From positions 248,001 to 312,000 of the forward strand of contig CAXIUT010000230.1 of assembly GCA_964035545.1 (NCBI GenBank): a stretch of 64,000 nucleotides of DNA. Direction: 5' to 3'. The notes under the pieces are model-generated. The model did no database searches. It saw only the letters and a list, made by a program, of their open reading frames with translations, and was not told the DNA's origin. The position numbers and the translations under genes are program-made. Below, one piece after another: positions 49,101 to 63,020 of the stretch; within the stretch, counting starts at the first letter, position 1; each line of letters opens with the position of its first letter. The stretch comes from Bugula neritina (Eukaryota > Animalia > Bryozoa).

Positions 49101-51110
49101 AACATACTGAAATATACTGCAACATACTGAAGTACACTCCTACATACTGAAATATACTGCAACTCACTGCAACATACTGCAACATACTAAAATACACTGT
49201 AACATTTTGAAACACACTGCAACACATTGAAATATACTGCAAAATATTGAAATACACTGCTACACACTGAAATATACTGCAACACACGGCAACATACTGC
49301 AACATACTAAAATATACTGCAACATACTGAAATACACTGCAAAACACTGAAATACGCTGTAACATACTGAAATATACTGCAACATACTGAAATATACTGC
49401 TACATACTGAAATATACTGCAACACACTGCAACATACTGCAACATACTAAAATACACTGTAACATAATGAAATACACTGCAACACATTGAAATATACTGC
49501 AAAATACTGAAATACACTGCTATATACTGAAATATACTGCAACACACTGCAACATACTGCAACATACTAAAATATACTGCAACATACTGAAATACACTGC
49601 AAAATACTGAAATACACTGTAACATACTGAAATATATTGCAACATACTGAAATACACTGCTACATACTGAAATATACGGCAACACACTGCAACATACTGA
49701 AACATACTAAAATACACTGTAACATATTGAAATACACTGCAACACAGTGAAATATACTGCAATGTGCCGAAATATATGGTAAACTACTGAAATATACTGT
49801 CACACATTGAAAATTACTGCAACATACTGAAATGAACTGCGACACATTGCAATATACTGTAACATACCGAAATATGCTGTAGCACATTGAAATACACTGC
49901 AACTCACTGAAATACAGTGCTACATACTGAAACATACTGCAACATACTGCAACATACTGAAATACACGGTAACAAACTGAAATACACTGCAACATACTAC
50001 AACATTTTGAAACACACTGCAACACATTGAAATATACTGCAACATACCTAAATATACGGTAATATACCAAAATATACTGTAACACATTGAAAAATACTGC
50101 CACATACTGAAATACACTGCAACACACTGAAGAACACTGCAAAATACTGTAACACACTGAAATATACTGCAAAATACTGAAATACACTGCTACATACTGA
50201 AATATACTACAACACACTGCAACATACTGCAACATACTAAAATATACTGCAACATACTGAAATACACTGCAAAATACTGAAATACACTGTAACATACTGA
50301 AATATACTGCAACATACTGAAGTACACTCCTACATACTGAAATATACTGCAACTCACTGCAACATACTGCAACATACTAAAATACACTGTAACATATTGA
50401 AATACACTGCAACACATTGAAATATACTGCAAAATATTGAAATACACTGCTACACACTGAAATATACTGCAACACACGGCAACATACTGCAACATACTAA
50501 AATATACTGCAACATACTGAAATACACTGCAAAATACTGAAATACACTGTAACATAATGAAATATACTGCAACATACTGAAATATACTGCTACATACTGA
50601 AATATACTGCAACACACTGCAACATACTGCAACATACTAAAACACACTGTAACATAATGAAATACACTGCAACACATTGAAATATACTGCAAAATACTGA
50701 AATACACTGCTATATACTGATATATACTGCAACACACTGCAACATACTGCAACATACTAAAATATACTGCAACATACTGAAATACACTGCAAAATACTGA
50801 AATACACTGTAACATACTGAAATATACTGCAACATACTGAAATACACTGCTACATACTGAAATATACGGCAACACACTGCAACATACTGAAACATACTAA
50901 AATACACTGTAACATATTGAAATACACTGCAACACAGTGAAATATACTGCAATGTACCGAAATGTATGGTAAACTACTGAAATATACTGTCACACATTGA
51001 AAAATACTGCAACATACTGAAATATACTGCGACACATTGCAATATACTGTAACATACCGAAATATGCTGTAGCACATTGAAATACACTGCAACTCACTGA
51101 AATACAGTGC
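43150..51110 (+). repeat. Tandem duplication, offset 4330 then 4320 bp
   Basis: AATGTACCGA 43491/47821 and CATACACTGG 43951/48281 (offset 4330). One monomer is missing near 49031, after which AATACACGGT 45641/49961 and AATGTACCGA 46631/50951 give offset 4320. Confidence 0.87.
45510..47990 (+). repeat. Tandem duplication with 1190-bp period
   Basis: Private variants AATATACAGA 45741/46931, AATACACGGT 45641/46831, TACATACTGC 46271/47461. The same 1190-bp spacing of the AATGT(G/A)CCGA marker also occurs at 24341/25531, 29831/31021 and 49761/50951. Confidence 0.88.
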
Positions 51111-52120
51111 TACATACTGAAATATAGTGCAACATACTGCAACATACTGAAATACACTGTAACAAACTGAAATACACTGCAACATACTACAACATTTTGA
51201 AACACACTGCAACACATTGAGATATACTGCAACATACCTAAATATACGGTAATATAGCAAAATATACTGTAACACATTGAAAAATACTGCAACATACTGA
51301 AATACACTGCAACACACTGAAAAACACTGCAAAATACTGTAACACACTGAAATAAACTGCAAAACACTGAAATACACTGCTACATACTGAAATATACTGC
51401 AACACAGTGCAACATGCTGCAACATACTAAAATATACTGCAACATACTGAAATACACTGCAAAATACTGAAATACACTGTAACATACTGAAATACACTGC
51501 AAAATACTACAACATTTTGACATACACTGGAATACATTAAAATATACTGCAACATACCTAAATATACGGTAATATACTGAAATATACTGTAACACATTGA
51601 AAAATACTACAAAATACTGAAATACACTGCAACATACTACAACATACTGAAATACGCTGTAATACATTGAAATCCACTGCAACACATTGAAATATAGTGT
51701 AACTCGCTGAAACATACTGTAACTCACTGAAATATAGTGTAATATACGGAAATGTACTGTAAAATACTGGAATATAATGTAACACACTGAAATATACTGC
51801 AACATACTGAAATACACTGTAACATACTGAAATATACTGCAACATCCTGCAACATACTGAAATACACTGTAACATACTGAAATACACTGCAACATCCTAC
51901 ACGATACTGAAATACACTGTAACGTATTGAAGTACACTGCAACACATTGAAGTATTCTGCAACACACTTAAACATACGGCAACATACTGAAATATACTTC
52001 GGCACATTGCAATATACTGCAGCATACTAAAATATGCTGTAGCCTACTGAAATACACTGCATTATACTGAAATACACTGCTACATACTGAAATATACTGC
52101 AACATACTGAAATACACTGT

Positions 52121-54010
52121 AATATGCTGAATTACACTGCAACACATTGAAATATACTGCAACATAGCAAAATATATATTAAACTACTGAAAAATACTTT
52201 AACACATTGAAAAATACTGCAACATACATAATTATACTGTAACACACTGAAATATACTGCAACATACTGAAATACACTGTGAAATACTGAAATATACTGC
52301 AACATACTGAAATACACTGATACATACTGAAATATACTGCAACATACTGCAACATACTGAAAAACACTGTAACATACTGAAATACACTGCAACATACTAC
52401 AACATATTGAAAAACACTGCAACACATTGAATATACTGCAACATACCTAAATATGCGGTAATATACTGAAATAAACTCTAACACATTGAAAATACTACAA
52501 CATACTGAAATACACTGCAACACACCGAAATATAATGCAAAATAAAACAACATACTGAAATACACTCTAACATATTGAAATACACTGTAACACATTGAAA
52601 TATACTGCAACATACCGAGATATATTGTAAACTACTGAAATATACTGTAACACATTGAAAAATACTGCAACATACTGAAATTTACTGCGACACATTGCAA
52701 TATACTGTAACATACTGAAATATGCTGTAGCACACTGAAATATACTGCAAAATACTGAAATACACTAAAACATATTGAAAAATACTGCAACATACTGAAA
52801 TACACTGTAACATACTGAAATACACTGCAAAATACTACAACATATTGAAATACACTGCAACATACCTAAATATACGGTAAGATACTGAAATATACTGTAA
52901 CACATTAAAAAAGTACAGCAACATACTGAAAGATACTGCAAGATACTGCAACATACCAAAATACACTGTAACATAATGAAACACACTGCAACACACTGCA
53001 TTATACTGACATACACTGGAACATAATGAAATACACTGCAACAAATTGAAGTATACTGCAACACACCGAAACATACGGCAACATACTGAAATATACTGCG
53101 ACAGATTGAAATGTACAGCAACATACTGAAATATACTGCGACACATTGCAAAATACTGCAACATACTGAAATACGCGGTAATATATTGAAATACACTGCA
53201 ACACATTGAAATATACTGTAACTCGCTGAAATATAGTGTAATATACGGAAATGTACTGTAACATACTGGAATATACTGTAACACACTGAAGTATACTGCA
53301 ACATACTGAAATGCAGTGCTACATACTGAAATATACTGGAACGTACTGCAACATATTCAAATACACTGTAACATACTGAAATATACTACTACACACTGCA
53401 ACATTTGGCAACATACTGAAATATACTGCGACACATTGCAGTATACTGAAACATACTGAAATATGCTGTAGCACACCGAAATACACTGCAACTCACTGAA
53501 ATATACTGCAACATACTGAAATACACTGTGACATACTGAAATATACTGCGACATACTGCACCATACTGAAATACACTGTAACATACTGAAATACACTGCA
53601 ACACATTGAAATATACTGCAAAATACTGAAATACAGTGCTACATACTGAAAGATACTGCAACATACCGAAATACACTGTAACATGTTGAAATATACTGCA
53701 ACATACCTAAATATACGGTAATATACCAAAATATACTGTAACACATTGAAAAATACTGCAACATACTGAAATACACTGCAACCTCTGAAAAACACTGCAA
53801 AATACTGTAACACACTCAAATATACTGCAAAACACCGAAATACACTGCTACATACTGAAATATACTGCAACATACTGAAATACACTGTAATATGCTGAAT
53901 TACACTGCAACACATTGAAATATACTGCAACATAGCAAAATATATATTAAACTACTGAAAAATACTTTACCACATTGAAAAATACTGCAACATACATAAT
54001 TATACTGTAA
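52121..54010 (+). repeat. Diverged satellite island with small indels and many private monomers
   Basis: It contains monomers absent from 1-52120, such as AACATAGCAA-AATATATATT, AACATACATA-ATTATACTGT, AATAAACTCT, AAAATAAAAC, GATATATTGT and AACATTTGGC. There are 9-mers at 52431, 52490 and 53780 and an 11-mer at 52909. Confidence 0.9.
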
Positions 54011-57000
54011 CACACTGGAATATAATGTAACACACTGAAATATACTGCAACATACTGAAATACACTGTAACATACTGAAATAAACTGCAACATCCTGCAA
54101 CATACTGAAATACACTGTAACATACTGAAATACACTGCAACATCCTACAAGATACTGAAATACACTGTAACGTATTGAAGTACACTGCAACACATTGAAG
54201 TATTCTGCAACACACTTAAACATACGGCAACATACTGAAATATACTTCGGCACATTGCAATATACTGCAGCATACTGAAATATGCTGTAGCCTACTGAAA
54301 TACACTGCATTATACTGAAATACACTGCTACATACTGAAATATACTGCAACATACTGAAATATACTGCGACACATTGCAATATACTGCAACATACTGAAA
54401 TACACTGTAACATATCGAAATATACTGCAACATACTGAAATACAGTGCTACATACTGAAATATACTGCAACATACTGCAACATACTGAAATACACTGTAA
54501 CATACTGAAATACACTGCAACATACTACAACATATTGAAAGACACTGCAACACATTGAAATATGCTGCAACATACCTAAATATACGGTAATATACCAAAA
54601 TAAACTGTTACACATTGAAAAATACTGCAACATACTGAAATACACTGCAACACACTGAAAAACACTGCAACATAGCAAAATATATATTAAACTACTGAAA
54701 AATACATTAACACATTGAAAAATACTGCAACATACATAATTATACTGTAACACACTGAAATATACTGCAACATATTGCAACATACTGAAATACACTGTAA
54801 CATACTGAAATACACTGCAACATACTACAACATATTGAAAGACACTGCAACACATTGAAATATGCTGCAAAATACTGAAATACACTGCTACATACTTAAA
54901 TATACTGCAACACACTGCAACATACTGCAACATACTAAAATATACTGCAACATACTGAAATACACTGCAAAATACTGAAATACACTGTAACATACTGAAA
55001 TATACTGCAACATACTGAAGTACACTCCTACATACTGGAATATACTGCAACTCACTGCAACATACTGCAACATACTAAAATACACTGTAACATATTGAAA
55101 TACACTGCAACACATTGAAATATACTGCAAAATATTGAAATACACTGCTACACACTGAATTATACTGCAACACACGGCAACATAGTGCAACATACTAAAA
55201 TATACTGCAACATACTGAAATACACTGCAAAATACTGAAATACGCTGTAACATACTGAAATATACTGCAACATACTGAAATATACTGCTACATACTGAAA
55301 TATACTGCAACACACTGCAACATACTGCAACATACTAAAATACACTGTAACATAATGAAATACACTGCAACACATTGAAATATACTGCAAAATACTGAAA
55401 TACACTGCTATATACTGAAATATACTGCAACACACTGCAACATACTGCAACATACTAAAATATACTGCAACATACTGAAATACACTGCAAAATACTGAAA
55501 TACACTGTAACATACTGAAATATACAGCAACATACTGAAATACACTGCTACATACTGAAATAAACTGCAACATCCTGCAACATACTGAAACACACTGTAA
55601 CATACTGAAATACACTGCAACATACTACAACATATTGAAAGACACTGCAACACATTGAAATATGCTGCAACATACCTAAATATACGGTAATATACCAAAA
55701 TAAACTGTTACACATTGAAAAATACTGCAACATACTGAAATACACTGCAACACACTGAAAAACACTGCAAAATATTGTAACACACTGAAATATACTGCAA
55801 AATACTGAAATACACTGCTACATACTTAAATATACTGCAACACACTGCAACATACTGCAACATACTAAAATATACTGCAACATACTGAAATACACTGCAA
55901 AATACTGAAATACGCTGTAACATACTGAAATATACTGCAACATACTGAAGTACACTCCCCTACATACTGAAATATACTGCAACTCACTGCAACATACTGC
56001 AACATACTAAAATACAGTGTAACATATTGAAATACACTGCAACACATTGAAATATACTGCAAAATATTGAAATACACTGCTACACACTGAAATATACTGC
56101 AACACACGGCAACATACTGCAACATACTAAAATATACTGCAACATACTGAAATACACTGCAAAATACTGAAATACGCTGTAACATACTGAAATATACTGC
56201 AACATACTGAAATATACTGCTACATACTGAAATATACTGCAACACACTGCAACATACTGCAACATACTAAAATACACTGTAACATAATGAAATACACTGC
56301 AACACATTGAAATATACTGCAAAATACTGAAATACACTGTAACGTACTGAAATAAACTGCAACATCCAGCAACATACTGAAATACACTGTAACATACTGA
56401 AATACACTGCAACATCCTACAAGATACTGAAGTACAGTGTAACGTATTGAAGTACACTGCAACACATTGAAGTATTCTGCAACACACTTAAACATACGGC
56501 AACATACTGAAATATACTTCGGCACATTGCAAAATACTGCAGCATACTGAAATATGCTGTAGCCTACTGAAATACACTGCATTATACTGAAATACACTGC
56601 TACATACTGAAATATACTGCAACATACTGAAATATACTGCGAAACATTGCAATATACTGTAACATACTGAAATATGCTGTAGCACACTGAAATACACTGC
56701 AACTCACTGAAATATACTGCAACATACTGAAATACACTGTAACATATTGAAATATACTGCAACATACTGAAATACAGTGCTACATACTGAAATATACTGC
56801 ACCATACTGCAACATACTGAAATACACTGTAACATACTGAAATACACTGCAACATACTACAACATATTGAAAGACACTGCAACACATTGAAATATGCTGC
56901 AACATATCTAAATATACGGTAATATACCAAAATAAACTGTTACACATTGAAAAATACTGCAACATACTGAAATACACTGCAACACACTGAAAAACACTGC

Positions 57001-60000
57001 AAAATACTGTAACACACTGAAATATACTGCAAAATACTCAAATACACTGCTACATACTTAAATATACTGCAACACACTGCAACATACTGCAACATACTAA
57101 AATATACTGCAACATACTGAAATACACTGCAAAATACTGAAATACACTGTAACATACTGAAATATACTGCAACATACTGAAGTACACTCCTACATACTGA
57201 AATATACTGCAACTCACTGCAACATACTGCAACATACTAAAATACACTGTAACATATTGAAATACACTGCAACACATTGAAATATACTGCAAAATATTGA
57301 AATACACTGCTACACACTGAAATATACTGCAACACACGGCAACATACTGCAACATACTAAAATATACTGCAACATACTGAAATACACTGCAAAATACTGA
57401 AATACACTGTAACATACTGAAATATACTGCAACATACTGAAATATACTGCTACATACTGAAATATACTGCAACACACTGCAACATACTGCAACATACTAA
57501 AACACACTGTAACATAATGAAATACACTGCAACACATTGAAATATACTGCAAAATACTGAAATACACTGCTATATACTGATATATACTGCAACACACTGC
57601 AACATACTGCAACATACTAAAATATACTGCAACATACTGAAATACACTGCAAAATACTGAAATACACTGTAACATACTGAAATATACTGCAACATACTGA
57701 AATACACTGCTACATACTGAAATATACGGCAACACACTGCAACATACTGAAACATACTAAAATACACTGTAACATATTGAAATACACTGCAACACAGTGA
57801 AATATACTGCAATGTGCCGAAATGTATGGTAAACTACTGAAATATACTGTCACACATCGAAAAATACTGCAACATACTGAAATATACTGCGACACATTGC
57901 AATATACTGTAACATACCGAAATATGCTGTAGCGCATTGAAATACACTGCAACTCGCTGAAATATACTGCACCATACTGAAATACACTGTAACATACTGA
58001 AATACAGTGCTACATACTGAAATATACTGCAACATACTGCAACATACTGAAATACACTGTAACAAACTGAAATACACTGCAACATACTACAACATATTGA
58101 AAAACACTGCAACACATTGAATATACTGCAACATACCTAAATATGCGGTAATATACTGAAATAAACTCTAACACATTGAAAATACTACAACATACTGAAA
58201 TACACTGCAACACACCGAAATATAATGCAAAATAAAACAACATACTGAAATACACTCTAACATATTGAAATACACTGTAACACATTGAAATATACTGCAA
58301 CATACCGAGATATATTGTAAACTACTGAAATATACTGTAACACATTGAAAAATACTGCAACATACTGAAATTTACTGCGACACATTGCAATATACTGTAA
58401 CATACTGAAATATGCTGTAGCACACTGAAATATACTGCAAAATACTGAAATACACTAAAACATATTGAAAAATGCTGCAACATACTGAAATACACTGTAA
58501 CATACTGAAATACACTGCAAAATACTACAACATATTGAAATACACTGCAACATACCTAAATATACGGTAAGATACTGAAATATACTGTAACACATTAAAA
58601 AAGTACAGCAACATACTGAAAGATACTGCAAGATACTGCAACATACCAAAATACACTGTAACATAATGAAACACACTGCAACACACTGCATTATACTGAC
58701 ATACACTGGAACATAATGAAATACACTGCAACAAATTGAAGTATACTGCAACACACCGAAACATACGGCAACATACTGAAATATACTGCGACAGATTGAA
58801 ATGTACAGCAACATACTGAAATATACTGCGACACATTGCAAAATACTGCAACATACTGAAATACGCGGTAATATATTGAAATACACTGCAACACATTGAA
58901 ATATACTGTAACTCGCTGAAATATAGTGTAATATACGGAAATGTACTGTAACATACTGGAATATACTGTAACACACTGAAGTATACTGCAACATACTGAA
59001 ATGCAGTGCTACATACTGAAATATACTGGAACGTACTGCAACATATTCAAATACACTGTAACATACTGAAATATACTACTACACACTGCAACATTTGGCA
59101 ACATACTGAAATATACTGCGACACATTGCAGTATACTGAAACATACTGAAATATGCTGTAGCACACCGAAATACACTGCAACTCACTGAAATATACTGCA
59201 ACATACTGAAATACACTGTGACATACTGAAATATACTGCGACATACTGCACCATACTGAAATACACTGTAACATACTGAAATACACTGCAACACATTGAA
59301 ATATACTGCAAAATACTGAAATACAGTGCTACATACTGAAAGATACTGCAACATACCGAAATACACTGTAACATGTTGAAATATACTGCAACATACCTAA
59401 ATATACGGTAATATACCAAAATATACTGTAACACATTGAAAAATACTGCAACATACTGAAATACACTGCAACCTCTGAAAAACACTGCAAAATACTGTAA
59501 CACACTCAAATATACTGCAAAACACCGAAATACACTGCTACATACTGAAATATACTGCAACATACTGAAATACACTGTAATATGCTGAATTACACTGCAA
59601 CACATTGAAATATACTGCAACATAGCAAAATATATATTAAACTACTGAAAAATACTTTACCACATTGAAAAATACTGCAACATACATAATTATACTGTAA
59701 CACACTGGAATATAATGTAACACACTGAAATATACTGCAACATACTGAAATACACTGTAACATACTGAAATAAACTGCAACATCCTGCAACATACTGAAA
59801 TACACTGTAACATACTGAAATACACTGCAACATCCTACAAGATACTGAAATACACTGTAACGTATTGAAGTACACTGCAACACATTGAAGTATTCTGCAA
59901 CACACTTAAACATACGGCAACATACTGAAATATACTTCGGCACATTGCAATATACTGCAGCATACTGAAATATGCTGTAGCCTACTGAAATACACTGCAT

Positions 60001-63000
60001 TATACTGAAATACACTGCTACATACTGAAATATACTGCAACATACTGAAATATACTGCGACACATTGCAATATACTGCAACATACTGAAATACACTGTAA
60101 CATATCGAAATATACTGCAACATACTGAAATACAGTGCTACATACTGAAATATACTGCAACATACTGCAACATACTGAAATACACTGTAACATACTGAAA
60201 TACACTGCAACATACTACAACATATTGAAAGACACTGCAACACATTGAAATATGCTGCAACATACCTAAATATACGGTAATATACCAAAATAAACTGTTA
60301 CACATTGAAAAATACTGCAACATACTGAAATACACTGCAACACACTGAAAAACACTGCAACATAGCAAAATATATATTAAACTACTGAAAAATACATTAA
60401 CACATTGAAAAATACTGCAACATACATAATTATACTGTAACACACTGAAATATACTGCAACATACTGCAACATACTGAAATACACTGTAACATACTGAAA
60501 TACACTGCAACATACTACAACATATTGAAAGACACTGCAACACATTGAAATATGCTGCAAAATACTGAAATACACTGCTACATACTTAAATATACTGCAA
60601 CACACTGCAACATACTGCAACATACTAAAATATACTGCAACATACTGAAATACACTGCAAAATACTGAAATACACTGTAACATACTGAAATATACTGCAA
60701 CATACTGAAGTACACTCCTACATACTGGAATATACTGCAACTCACTGCAACATACTGCAACATACTAAAATACACTGTAACATTATGAAATACACTGCAA
60801 CACATTGAAATATACTGCAAAATATTGAAATACACTGCTACACACTGAATTATACTGCAACACACGGCAACATAGTGCAACATACTAAAATATACTGCAA
60901 CATACTGAAATACACTGCAAAATACTGAAATACGCTGTAACATACTGAAATATACTGCAACATACTGAAATATACTGCTACATACTGAAATATACTGCAA
61001 CACACTGCAACATACTGCAACATACTAAAATACACTGTAACATAATGAAATACACTGCAACACATTGAAATATACTGCAAAATACTGAAATACACTGCTA
61101 TATACTGAAATATACTGCAACACACTGCAACATACTGCAACATACTAAAATATACTGCAACATACTGAAATACACTGCAAAATACTGAAATACACTGTAA
61201 CATACTGAAATATACAGCAACATACTGAAATACACTGCTACATACTGAAATAAACTGCAACATCCTGCAACATACTGAAACACACTGTAACATACTGAAA
61301 TACACTGCAACATACTACAACATATTGAAAGACACTGCAACACATTGAAATATGCTGCAACATACCTAAATATACGGTAATATACCAAAATAAACTGTTA
61401 CACATTGAAAAATACTGCAACATACTGAAATACACTGCAACACACTGAAAAACACTGCAAAATATTGTAACACACTGAAATATACTGCAAAATACTGAAA
61501 TACACTGCTACATACTTAAATATACTGCAACACACTGCAACATACTGCAACATACTAAAATATACTGCAACATACTGAAATACACTGCAAAATACTGAAA
61601 TACGCTGTAACATACTGAAATATACTGCAACATACTGAAGTACACTCCCCTACATACTGAAATATACTGCAACTCACTGCAACATACTGCAACATACTAA
61701 AATACAGTGTAACATATTGAAATACACTGCAACACATTGAAATATACTGCAAAATATTGAAATACACTGCTACACACTGAAATATACTGCAACACACGGC
61801 AACATACTGCAACATACTAAAATATACTGCAACATACTGAAATACACTGCAAAATACTGAAATACGCTGTAACATACTGAAATATACTGCAACATACTGA
61901 AATATACTGCTACATACTGAAATATACTGCAACACACTGCAACATACTGCAACATACTAAAATACACTGTAACATAATGAAATACACTGCAACACATTGA
62001 AATATACTGCAAAATACTGAAATACACTGTAACGTACTGAAATAAACTGCAACATCCTGCAACATACTGAAATACACTGTAACATACTGAAATACACTGC
62101 AACATCCTACAAGATACTGAAGTACAGTGTAACGTATTGAAGTACACTGCAACACATTGAAGTATTCTGCAACACACTTAAACATACGGCAACATACTGA
62201 AATATACTTCGGCACATTGCAAAATACTGCAGCATACTGAAATATGCTGTAGCCTACTGAAATACACTGCATTATACTGAAATACACTGCTACATACTGA
62301 AATATACTGCAACATACTGAAATATACTGCGAAACATTGCAATATACTGTAACATACTGAAATATGCTGTAGCACACTGAAATACACTGCAACTCACTGA
62401 AATATACTGCAACATACTGAAATACACTGTAACATATTGAAATATACTGCAACATACTGAAATACAGTGCTACATACTGAAATATACTGCACCATACTGC
62501 AACATACTGAAATACACTGTAACATACTGAAATACACTGCAACATACTACAACATATTGAAAGACACTGCAACACATTGAAATATGCTGCAACATACCTA
62601 AATATACGGTAATATACCAAAATAAACTGTTACACATTGAAAAATACTGCAACATACTGAAATACACTGCAACACACTGAAAAACACTGCAAAATACTGT
62701 AACACACTGAAATATACTGCAAAATACTCAAATACACTGCTACATACTTAAATATACTGCAACACACTGCAACATACTGCAACATACTAAAATATACTGC
62801 AACATACTGAAATACACTGCAAAATACTGAAATACACTGTAACATACTGAAATATACTGCAACATACTGAAGTACACTCCTACATACTGAAATATACTGC
62901 AACTCACTGCAACATACTGCAACATACTAAAATACACTGTAACATATTGAAATACACTGCAACACATTGAAATATACTGCAAAATATTGAAATACACTGC

Positions 63001-63020
63001 TACACACTGAAATATACTGC
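52320..63020 (+). repeat. Near-identical segmental duplication, offset 5690 bp (about 52320-57330 vs about 58010-63020)
   Basis: The indels recur at +5690 (52431/58121, 53780/59470, AGTACACTCCCC 55949/61639). I noticed only a few differences, at 52781/58471, 54771/60461, 55091/60781, 56361/62051 and 56901/62591. Confidence 0.93.

Noticed and set aside
52121-54010. Transposon or foreign insertion at the point where the register breaks
   Set aside because: The sequence remains the same 10-mer family throughout, with no terminal repeats, target-site duplication or unrelated DNA.
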